In this document: positions 23,631 to 34,019 of the stretch, piece by piece
Numbering within the stretch: the first letter of the stretch is position 1
Layout: every line of letters begins with the position of its first letter
Assembly: GCA_035084275.1 (NCBI GenBank)
Contig: CM068746.1
Span: 18,786,001-18,850,000, forward strand
Direction: 5' to 3'
DNA length: 64,000 bases
Source of the DNA: Hydrolagus colliei
Taxonomy: Eukaryota
Translations under genes and position numbers: made by a program
Notes under the pieces: model-generated
The model's input: only the letters and a program-made list of their open reading frames with translations
Told to the model about the DNA's origin: nothing
Databases searched by the model: none

Positions 23631-25124
23631 GAATCTCCTCTGCACGGATATAGGTGGGTAGAGATTGGACGAGGGAAACAAAAATGGAGTCTAGATATGA
23701 TGAAATTAATTCAGTGGGACAGGAGCAGACTGAGACAATGCGTCTGCCAGGTCAGTCCTGTTTGTGTATCTTGGGGAGAAAGTATAGGAACATTGGGGTG
23801 GCCATCTGTACTGAAACATTGAATTGGAACATTGGAGTGGCCACTTGATATCAGAGGAAGGCTGTCGTACTGGACAAAATAAAGCAAAACGTTCACCCAA
23901 TTTCACTGTCAGATAGACTGTCAGATAGGCTCATGTACGCTGGCTGATTCACTGCACTTGTCTGATCAATTCCATGTTCTACCCATAATGGATCATGAAC
24001 GCTTCACTTCTTACAACAACTTTATTCTTAAATGTTGCCTAGAGGGACAGAGAGGAGGAACATGGGTGGATGGTGGTAAGTAGTTAAATCAAAAGAGAAA
24101 ACTTCCATGTAGTGTCACCATAGTTTTGTAAGTTTAGGCTTTTGTATTATATTATCACTACTGTTTTTTTTAATAATAATTCCTTTTTAAAACAAATAAT
24201 AATTTTGCACTCAATCCCACACGACTGTTTGTGGGACACACTGCTGTGTGTGTGCAATTGCCTGCTGAGTTTCACCCATAAATGTACAGTCAATTCACTT
24301 TACAGTATACTCTGTGAAGCACATTGAGATGTCTAAAAAAAATTATAATTATTGCATATAGGGTTCCAACTCCACACATTTATATCTAAACTGGAATAGG
24401 TAAGAGGGAGAGGAGAGTTAACTCCAGTGTAATGAAATTGACATAACAGAAGCATGTGGGATCAGAGAATTTTCAATGTCCCTTACAGTGAAATTCACTT
24501 TCACATAAATCAATAAACAATAAATCAGAATTTAAACCGCACTAGGAACACCCAGTTCAATTTATGTAGCCAGATAAATTCTTTGTAGGTTTTAAACAAT
24601 GTGTTCGCTGAGCAGTGAGCAATTTACTTAAAAGTGAAGTTAGTTGGGTCACTCTTGCAAGTGATGGAAACGCACATTGATATATCGCTCCCTACTAGAA
24701 AATAGACATGCAAGCAGAACAGTGCCCGAGGCAAGATCAATGTTTTTGTGTTTTCATATCACTCAATGAAATGATGTTCAGGAATGGGTTCAATACTTGG
24801 TTGCTGTCTCTTTATACAACGTGCGATAAGGAAAGTCTTTTGGTTTCTAGACTTCCGCTTCCAGAAAAAATACGCTTCCAGAAAATATTAAGTGGTGAGA
24901 AAGTCAGTGCGAGGAAATATTTCTGTCACGAGATCGTGGTGGGGAAATATTAGGCAGTGAAGTGTCGGGAGGTAGGAGCGGATGGAATGAGGGAGCAAGC
25001 AGAATAAAGGATGGAATAACAAGCCAAAAGTGACAGAACACAAGCAGGGAAGGAAAGGTGAGGATAGACAGTTAAGCAAACAGACGGTGGGAAGTGGATA
25101 ATCAGAACGATGGAAGAGTGGGAA

Positions 25125-25300
25125 CAAAAAAAATCGTTACATTCACGTTTGATGTAGGGCCTTTCACACTGGGGGGAGATCTCAAAGCAGTTCACAGGAT
25201 ATAAGATGACATGCAGGAAGGTGAACAAGCAGTGGAGATGCAAAGGAAGAGAGGAGAAAGAATTGTGTTTTAGAGAGGGATGGACCATGCACACAACGGA
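25125..25300 (-). mobile_element. Penelope-like pLTR remnant with decayed hammerhead-like core
   Basis: Minus strand: CT-rich tract, then CCCAGTGTGAAAGGCCCTACATCAAACGTGAATGT, resembling the recalled motif CCCAGTTCTGATGAAAGGTC...GAAACGTTAAC. Confidence 0.35.
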
Positions 25301-25499
25301 TGGAGCGGAGCGAGGAACACTCGGGAATGGGTTTGGTATTGAACACCCAAAGGTGGATCAAGACAATCTGCCACCCTGGGCAAAACTTCAGTGTTTCCCC
25401 CTCCCTCCCTCCCCTCACCCCTCACCCCTCTCCCCCCACCCCTCACCCCTCTCCCCTCACTCCTCTCCCCCTCCCAGAAGTATGTTTATGCCCCTCCCC

Positions 25500-26490
25500 C
25501 AGTGTAAAGACCTTCCGTGGCCAACCCCGGTTGGAGTGTCGGTGTCAGTGTCAGACTTGCCTGACCCGTGCCTCCACTTGGTGGCCACCTGCGTGCCTTT
25601 TTGACGCCTTCCGTTTGCCCGCCACCGATCCCGCCACTTTCCGAGGCCTGACTGACGGCAAACCCCGGCCAGAGTCCAAAATGGGTCCGATCTCCCCCCC
25701 CCCCCCCCCGTCGCCTCCCGCCCAAGAGCCACCTCTGATCCCCCCCCCCCCCCCAGCGCCTCGGGGACATCCTCCCGACAATGGAAGTTGGCCGCCCCCA
25801 ACGCGACTCGTGGCTCTCGCCGCCGACTAACCCACAAACACCGCGGGTTTACACGGCGCCCTCTTGTTGTCTCAGAGCCTTCCGCAATAACGGATTCCCC
25901 CCCCCCCCCCCACCCCCCCCCCCCCACTGGCTCTCACCGTTTCCTTTTAACGGAGCGAACTTATAACGCAAAATGGGAACCGGGGGGGGTGGAGGGGGGG
26001 GGGGGGGAGAAACCACTGACCTGTACCAAGTCCAGCACCATCCCCGCGCTCACCGTGCCCAGCCCGGCCAGGAGAAACGGGAACAAGATCTGGCATCCAA
26101 TGGTGAGCACGGTCTCCCTGGGGAGCCAGGGCTTCTTGGTCTTGGGCTCCTGGCATTCCCCCCCGGAGCTCTCCTCCTGCTCCAACAGGGCGTCGGTGTC
26201 AGAGGTGACCTCGGCGTCCAGGTGAGCGCCGGGCGCGTCGGGGCTCTCATGGCTGGGTTTGCGAGCCCTGTGGTTGGCGATGCTCGGGTTGAACTGCGAG
26301 GTGGCGGCGGCGGCGGCGGCGGCGGGGAGGAGGAGGAGGAGAGGTTCCGCTTCGTTCGCTGCAAAGCAATCGGTGGCTCCGGGAGAAGGCGGAGGGCGTA
26401 ACTCGGTGTAGATGTGAGGACCGGCCATCGCGCACCATGCTGGCCTCTCACCGCCACAGAGCTTCGGGAGGGCGGCCGACAGCTCAGCCT
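25500..26490. promoter_or_regulatory. CpG island over SLC41A2-like exon 1 and the start of intron 1
   Basis: Abrupt rise in GC and CpG content relative to the CpG-poor flanks; long C/G homopolymer runs. Confidence 0.75.
26021..26428 (-). CDS. SLC41A2: SLC41A2-like Mg2+ transporter, first coding exon (MAGPHIYTEL...[24 protein letters not shown])
   Basis: ATG at 26428 in a GC/CpG-rich segment; 408 nt = 136 codons; ends CAG|GTCAGT donor; TM1 segment resembles SLC41A2 [24 protein letters not shown]. Start codon choice is inferred; orthology is -like only. Confidence 0.85.
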
Positions 26491-26706
26491 GTGTCTGTGT
26501 CTGTCTGTGTGTGTGTCTGTGTGACTGTCTGTGTGTCTGTGTGACTGACTGTCTGTCTGTCTGTGTGACTGACTGACTGTCTGTGTGACTGTCTGCCTGA
26601 CTGACTGTCTGTGTGTGTGACTGTCTGTCTGTCTGTGTGTGTGTCTGTCTGTGTGACTGTCTGTCTGTCTGTGTGACTGTCTGCCTGACTGACTGACTGT
26701 CTGTCT
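26490..26706. repeat. Compound microsatellite (TGTC/TG/TGAC)n
   Basis: Directly visible; abuts the N gap. Confidence 0.95.
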
Positions 26707-26834
26707 NNNNNNNNNNNNNNNNNNNNNNNNNNNNNNNNNNNNNNNNNNNNNNNNNNNNNNNNNNNNNNNNNNNNNNNNNNNNNNNNNNNNNNNNNNNNNN
26801 NNNNNNNNNNNNNNNNNNNNNNNNNNNNNNNNNN
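26707..26834. other. Assembly gap (128 N)
   Basis: Run of N. Confidence 1.
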
Positions 26835-26993
26835 TGTTTCACTCCCCCCCCCCCAACAAAACCAGCCCAGCCTCACACAGTTAACACAGTTCCCTGTTTG
26901 GCAAACCCCCAGACTTGTTGTCCTGCCCGGAATCAGCCTGACAAGTGATCGGCTTCCGTATATTATTCATTGCCACATCACCAATGTGTTGGA

Positions 26994-27348
26994 TACAGAC
27001 ACACAGACACACACACAGATATCACACAGACACACTTCACTGAGATACACACGTTGAGATATATACACACACAACGCACTGAATTACACACACACACACT
27101 GAGATCCACGCACGCACAGGCAAACACAGAGATAACACTCACACAGATACACACACACAGATACAGACACTGAGATACACTCACACAGATACACACACAC
27201 ACAGAGATACACACACAGACAAACAGAGATACACTCACACAGATACACACTGAGATACACACACACACAGATACACACACAGACAAACACCGAGATACAC
27301 TCACAAAGTTACACACACAGAGACAGATAGTTACACACACACACACAC
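26994..27348. repeat. Compound (CA)n/(GATACACA)n low-complexity repeat
   Basis: Directly visible; produces the spurious CVCV/HTHT ORFs. Confidence 0.95.
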
Positions 27349-27804
27349 AATCCCAGACCCCCTTGTATCGCTGCTTATCTTTTTGTTAAGTTTGCACTCT
27401 CCTCCTCCTCCCCAACGAAACTCAAAAAAACACTACGTCGTAAATAAACGTCATTTGACCCTGAACCTATTTCCTCGTCATGATGTGCGTGTCTGATGGT
27501 TTTACTTCCTCACTCACTCACCACTCCTCATGTTAGCCCCCACCCCCCATCCAACTGTACTGTGTGTCTGTGGTGTAGGGTGTATGGTCTGGGTTGAGTG
27601 TTTCGACCATGAAACCTAACAGTCAATTCAGTTTACACTATAGACTGGGAAGCACTTTGAGACATCTCAAGATGTGGGACGGCGCTATATCAAATCCAGG
27701 GATTGGTATTTTTATTATCGTGGCAGCGAGAGGCGAAAGTCCAGTTTGGTGTAGGTGGGAGGCACCGGATTCTCCGTTCGGTTTGAATGCTCTTAAGCAC
27801 GGCG

Positions 27805-28110
27805 ATAATGATAGTAATCCTTGCATTTGATACAGCACCCGTATCACATCTTCTAGGCGTCTCAAAATACTGTAAAGTGAATTGACTGTGTCCATTTTGT
27901 GGGCGAAACGCAGCGGCCAATTGCGCACAGCGGTGTCCCCACAAACACTCATGGATTGAAATGACCAATTTATTATTGTTTTTTCTTGAGGGATTATTAT
28001 CAGGTGTGTGTGTGTGCGTGTGTGTGTGGAGTAAGGAAACTTGCCCAAGGTTTCGCCCTGACCTGACCTGCAGGGAATCAAACCCAGGCGTCTTGCTTGT
28101 GAGGTGAGTG
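27805..28110 (-). mobile_element. SINE S1
   Basis: Well-preserved body with an internal (TG)n expansion. Confidence 0.88.
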
Positions 28111-31100
28111 CGGATTTCCACACACGTCAGACACCCAGTTGACCCACCACCGCACACAAAAGGTCGCAGATAGCATGCGATGATGGTATTTGTTTTGTTT
28201 ACGAGTTGCAAACCTACCAACAAAAACCTTGCAATAGTTTGGATTTTAATGACAAACAGCACTGAATGTGTTCAGACTGGTTTGAAACTGTCCTGGGTAT
28301 TTTCAAGTGTTGCGTTGGTTGCAATGGCAGAATGTGGCAAGCGGTGAGATATTTTTAATTAAAGAAACTAAACAGATAATTACATAAATTACAAAGTGAT
28401 TGAAGTAAACGCAGCTTTCAAAGAGGCAAAGAGACACGTAGTGCAATATTACGTTTTGATAATATCGGTGACTCACTGAGTGAATGGTGCAGCAAAACTA
28501 GTCCAATGGATTTATTGCAAAAGGTGTTCTGTTTTGAACAAAGTGGAGGAAGGAAGAGAGGTGTGGTGGGTTAGACATTTGACTTAAAATAACAATCATT
28601 GTGTTTTGAAGCTTTTCACAGTCACTGTGAGTGCACTTTGTGGGATTGGTGTGTTAATGTACACACAATGTCCCACAAACAGCCATAAACTGAATGATCA
28701 ATTTTATCTGCTGGCCGAGATCCAGTGAGAAAATCCCTTCACTTCTCAAATAACGCCATGGGATCTTTAATATCCACCTGAACAGGTTTACCATCTCATC
28801 TAAATGACTACAACGCCTTATCAAATGAAGCCCAGCCTGACAGGATGAAGGTCTGTTTTCCTGTGTGTTATCTCCCCACCCACCCCCTTGTTTGAAGGCA
28901 ATGACCCAAGCTGCGATGTTCAGTCTTTGTATCCTGTTTCTCCCATTGTTCACAATGAGCCTTTCAGTGAGCGCTTGCAAATTGTGACTGTGGGAATCTA
29001 AAAGTAGCTAAGCTCAACCCTGCCCGTCATCCAATTGCCCACCCTTAACATCACAGGTGAGTGGATAACTGACAAAAAGCTTCTGACTCACTCTGTACAG
29101 TGTACTGTACATAGTTTCATGGCTGTCAGTTGCCCTTTGGAAGTTGCCCAAGTAAGCATTGTTTAACTTCAAACCTGGACATGAGTGTTGGTGAGATATT
29201 TGAATGCTATTTAAATGCCAAGCCTTATCCTACTCAACATCTACCCAAACATTTACTTTCTAGCAGAGGACATCTGAACAGTGACCAGGACCAAAAAATC
29301 CAAGCTAAAACCAGCACTCTCTATCTCAGCAGTTACTCTGGCACTCACTGTGCAAAACTCCTGGGACTTAGTTGAAGTGTAAGGATTGGCAGTGTAAGAC
29401 CTTTCTCATAAAAATACAAAGTGACTTCACTAGACAGTAACACCTGTGAAACACTCTTAACGTGAAACGGGTTATATCAACTTTACGGATTATAGTTCTT
29501 TATTCAGCAGTACAAACCACCAGCAACGTGCCGCTGATCAACAAGAATGTAAGGTCTGCTTTGCTAGTATCAACATTGATTTTGAGTTTTGCAAGCATTT
29601 CCCTGCCACAGCAAAAGTGGTCACTGCACTTGGCAATAATTACTGCTGTCTGCTCCACAGGTTTTTTAAAAAAAACTTTAGTAGAAGAATGCAAGTTCTT
29701 TTCAAAACCGTACTTAACCTAGATTTCTGAAACATTCTTGTTGTGAAAGGGCTTACAGAATTCCATTGGTTGCTGCCATCGCCACATTCACAGAACAGCC
29801 AAGGTGGATCACCAAGCAAATAGATTCACAATGTGAGGAAAGGATGAGAAAGAGGGATATCCTGCCAGGACCAGGCCAGCAATTTCCCTTCTGGGCCTGA
29901 TTTCGTTTAGTTGAAGAAAGGAGCAAAGCATTTTGTGTGCTTAAAAAGGGATTTAAAATAAATGTATTACATGTGATGCTTTTATTACATTTTATCCTTG
30001 TTCGCAGAGCAGCATTCCAATAGCACGAGAGGCATTAACATGAGTGGCTCCATTAAAAGTAATTATAAAGGAGAGTTATGTGTTCAAATTAAAAGTAGCA
30101 AGATAATTAGTATTTCACAGAGTGTAGTGGAATGAAGAAGCTTGGATAATTGTCCTCATTTCAGAGCTTAATTAAGACATTATGTAAAATAGGGAATAAT
30201 CTGCTGTTGAAATTTAAACACATTTAAATTACGTATAATTCATGATTTGAGCAAATTGCATTTATTTCTGATACTCGTTTTTGATTAAGAAATAATTTAA
30301 GATTTCATAAAGTTAACCCTTTATGGCTGAGATTAAAGAAACTAGAGAAGGCAGTGCTAATCTGAAACTGAAATTTTCAGATATTCAGCAATCATCTTCC
30401 AGGATCATGTAACTATGCAACTCTACATAATTCTATAATGGACAACAGTTTACATGTTACCTCCAGAGAGTGATTCAATCGATTAACAACCGGGTTCCCA
30501 CTTGTGCTAGGTAAACAGATGTGTGTGGAGAGTGGAAATTTGCCTAAGGTTTCGCCCTTCCCGGAAAATGTCCCTGAAGTATAAAGTACTGGTAGCCAGT
30601 ACTGCAATCCCCCTTAATAATCCTAAACAATATGTGGAAAGATGCTTAATGAAATAGTCTCCAATATCCATTTAGTCTCTACTGCATAGTCCGCCACCTG
30701 GCCCAAATCCCATCTGGAATTGGCATCTCTTCACAAGGCAAGGATCAGAATGTGAAACGTATGCTGTCTGAGTAGATAAGCAATCTCTAGAGGGATACAA
30801 TGTTGGAAACAGTTTTGTATTTCTGTTATTTTCTTTGACATTAATCTGCGTGCTGTTGCCTGAAGGCGCTATATAAATGTAAGTTTTGTTTGTTTGTTTG
30901 AATGCCCTCATGTGGTACAATAGTCAAGCAGTGGTGGAAAAGTGCAGATATCCAGTTGGAGATTTAACTAACATGCAACAAATTCCAGAAAAAAATTAAC
31001 AGAATTCAGTTAATAGGCAAACAAATACATAATTACAAACTCAATTTAAAGACATATTGGAAGAAGATAGTAAGTAGTCAGTATATAATAACAGCAAATG

Positions 31101-31414
31101 CAACAGATGCGAACTATAATTATAACTTGTTGCAAAATTACAAACCTCAACAAACACACCCTGAAAGGAAGTGGTATAATCTTTAGCTAAAGGGCAAACA
31201 TGGTATCTGTAAAATGGGTGGACACCGTAGAGGCAATTGAACTGTAAGGAAGAACTATTAGGGAGGAGACAACGCAAGTCCTGTGTCTGCCTTCCTTTTC
31301 AACCACAAACACTATTCCTTGCCAACAATAACATTGCCAGACTGAGCAACGCCGCAAGGCTACAGCAGCACCTACCCTTCATGTCAGAATATTTAATAAA
31401 CTATTTACAGTTTT

Positions 31415-31700
31415 TTCATAGATTCATAGATTCATAAATTTTACGGCACAAAAGGAGGCCATTCGGCCCATCTAGTCTGTGCCGGCTGTTTGAAAAGAGC
31501 GATTCAATCCCACTGCCCTGCCCGCTCCCCATAGCCTAATAGACCTGTTCTCCCTAAATAAAGATCTAATTCCCTTTTAAAAGTTGTTATCGAATCAGCC
31601 TCCACCACCTTTTCAGGGAATGCATTCCAGATTCGAACAACTTGCTGAGTGAAAAAAATTCTCCTCAGCTCCCCTCTACTTCGCCTTGAAACTATTTCAT
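31415..31700 (-). mobile_element. CR1 LINE 3' end with (TCTATGAA)n tail
   Basis: Plus strand TCATAGATTCATAGATTCATA...GGAGGCCATTCGGCCCATC...GAATGCATTCCAGATT is the reverse complement of a CR1 ORF2 end and tail. Confidence 0.85.
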
Positions 31701-32685
31701 AAATTCATAAATATAAATATAAATTCATAAATATAAAGTTAGTAACGTTGACTGCTGGGAACTCATGCGCCAAAAAAGCTTCAGATACGTCTCAACCTCC
31801 TTCCAGATAATGTCAATACCATCAGCCCAATCATCTGCTTCAGAAAGTAAATTTATACAATGGTTTTCTCTTGTGACCCTCGGCTAGTTAGACCTTCTAA
31901 CTGGACAAGCACCTGGAGGCTTGCCAGACCCAATGCAGAAACTGGCAAGCTGTGCGGCTTTAGATGGTTCAATTCCAGCAATACCCCAACGCACAATTTG
32001 GGATCCCTAAGCTTTGGCTTGGTGTTCCATGTATAGGGGGCATGCACATGTGGATATATCTGATTTGGATGCTGTTAAGTCACCCAGTTGACCAAAAAAA
32101 AATGCTGTGTATTGGCACATCTTACCCTGTTTCTGTGAGTTAATGAGCCTTTTTGAGAAGTAATTTTCCTATTGGATAAGATGTCACGAGCCAGATACTA
32201 TAGATCTCTCAAACAAGTTTAAATACAGTTAGAACAGAAGCAGGGGGAAGAGTGCAACGGAGCCTAGAGCAATCAGGTGATATCTGTATCTCTGCTAGAA
32301 TCGCTATCCCTCCAGTTAGTGAAACCATTGCACAAAATGGAAAAAGTAAATAGCAACACATGTTCAAAACTTACCAGCCCTAGATTTCTGGAGTGATAGT
32401 TCCAATGATTTCCCCCACTGTTATTGGCTCAGTGAGTAAATATAGCATATGATGGAGAACAGAGCCAGGCACAAACACGAGGAGCCTAGGCTAAACATTT
32501 TCCTGTGTTGAGTTAAGTTGTTCTCAGTACAGCAGTAAGTAGTCTCCAATTAGGGAAGGGTGGGGCGGGTGTGTGGAAAAATATCAGCTGGAAGGGTGTT
32601 AGTGAAGGAATCATTAAACATTGATAAGATCGTAGTCTATCACCTCCCCAGTAAGACAGCTGCTCATTCTCACTATCTTGGTTAA

Positions 32686-32962
32686 AAATAATAATCCTTG
32701 CATTTGATATAGCACTATTCATGTCTTCTAAATGTTTCAATATACTGTAAATTGACTGTATATACGTGGGCGAAACATGGCGGCCGATATCACAGCAGTG
32801 TCGCATAAACAGTTGTGGATTGAGATGTACAATTTGTTTTGAGGGATTATTATCAGGCGTGTGGGGTAAGGAAACTTGCCCAAGGATTTACCCGACCTGG
32901 AATCAAACCCAGGTCTCTTGTTTGCAGGGCGAGTGCTCTAACCATTGAGCTATTGGACTCCA
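32686..32962 (-). mobile_element. SINE S1, full length
   Basis: Complete head-body-tail. Confidence 0.88.
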
Positions 32963-33023
32963 CAGGTTCATGGTGAAGAACATTGAGGGGCTTAATAGCT
33001 GTGGAGACCCAAGGAACTAAATA

Positions 33024-33221
33024 TAGTAAAAGTCTGTTTATCCGGCACCCTCGGGACCTGGCCAATGCCGGTTAAAGCGCATGCCGGACATTCGGCCGAA
33101 AGCTGAAAAAAAAAGCATTTTTCCAGATAAATTCGGGTTAATCGTATGCGGATCTTCTTTTGCGGTGCCAGTTAAACAGAAGTTACGGTTGATCGGGTCA
33201 CGGATAAACGGGCTTTTACTG
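33024..33221. mobile_element. MITE family A, second copy (opposite orientation)
   Basis: Same TIRs and internal sequence as 8677-8880, reversed; TA flanks. Confidence 0.9.
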
Positions 33222-33270
33222 TACCAGTATGAATCACCAGCTTCAGGAAAGAATAATTAAATATACAGTA

Positions 33271-33603
33271 CAGGTTGAGCGTCCAAAATCCGGAGTTCCG
33301 GAATACAGAATGTTCTGGAACAATTGGTGGCAGGGTCGTCTGGAATCCGTAAAATGTTCTGGAATCTGGACACCCTGAGAAGAACTACAAAGTGACGTTC
33401 AAAAACTGGAAATATCGCAACCTGGGCCCAGACATTTCCGGATTCGAGACTCGCTTCTGGCATTCCGAATTCCGGGAATACCTGAACCTGGGCTCGTGCA
33501 TTTCCGGACTTCGGACATCAGAAACACGTTCCGAAATCCGGAAAAACACAAAAACCGGCTTGGCCTCGGTCTCAAGGTTGCCGGATTCAGGACGCTCAAC
33601 CTG
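33271..33603. mobile_element. Tigger4/Zombi-like MITE
   Basis: TIRs CAGGTTGAGCGTCCAAAATCCGG / CCGGATTCAGGACGCTCAACCTG, TA flanks, internal TCCGG(A) repeats. Confidence 0.85.
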
Positions 33604-34019
33604 TATACGATAAAACTCCAGATAACTCGTCACTTCAAGGGAAAAGGGTGGGTGACAAATTATCAGGAGAAGCAAGTTAGACACAAATATAAATACATAA
33701 ATAAGTGTAGCCAGGATATTAACAGCATGGCGACTTAAGCAGCAGAGAGAAGTTCAGCCAAGAGTTTACTGTATATTTGTATTACGTGAGGCAGCCAACC
33801 TACCACCACACACTTCAGGACAGTGTCCTGGGTGTAGTCAGCCAACTGCTTACTGCAACCCTGTGGAGCGGTATCATCTAGCCTGAGAGGCCATTTGTGG
33901 TGAACTTCACTTTGTTGCTGCAGGACACGGTGGGAATCCTACACACAGTGCTCGAAACCATGAGATGGGTCCAGTTCTTTATAATGAAGACACAGTCGAT
34001 AGCTAAAGACGCAGACTGC

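Noticed and set aside
23795-23930. Short direct repeats (GGAACATTGG.GTGGCCA x2; ACTGTCAGATAG x2) as a CRISPR-like array
   Set aside because: Only two units each, eukaryotic intron, no cas genes; local duplications.
25206-26401. Pro/Gly-rich plus-strand and overlapping ORFs
   Set aside because: By-products of the GC-rich CpG island, homopolymer runs and the antisense of exon 1.
25961-26842. 293-aa ORF spanning the gap as a single CDS
   Set aside because: The N-terminal part is microsatellite and N gap; only 26021-26428 is credible coding sequence, and it ends at a splice donor.
27638-28262. 161-aa and 190-aa ORFs upstream of SLC41
   Set aside because: Chance read-through of SINE copies and (TG)n repeats.
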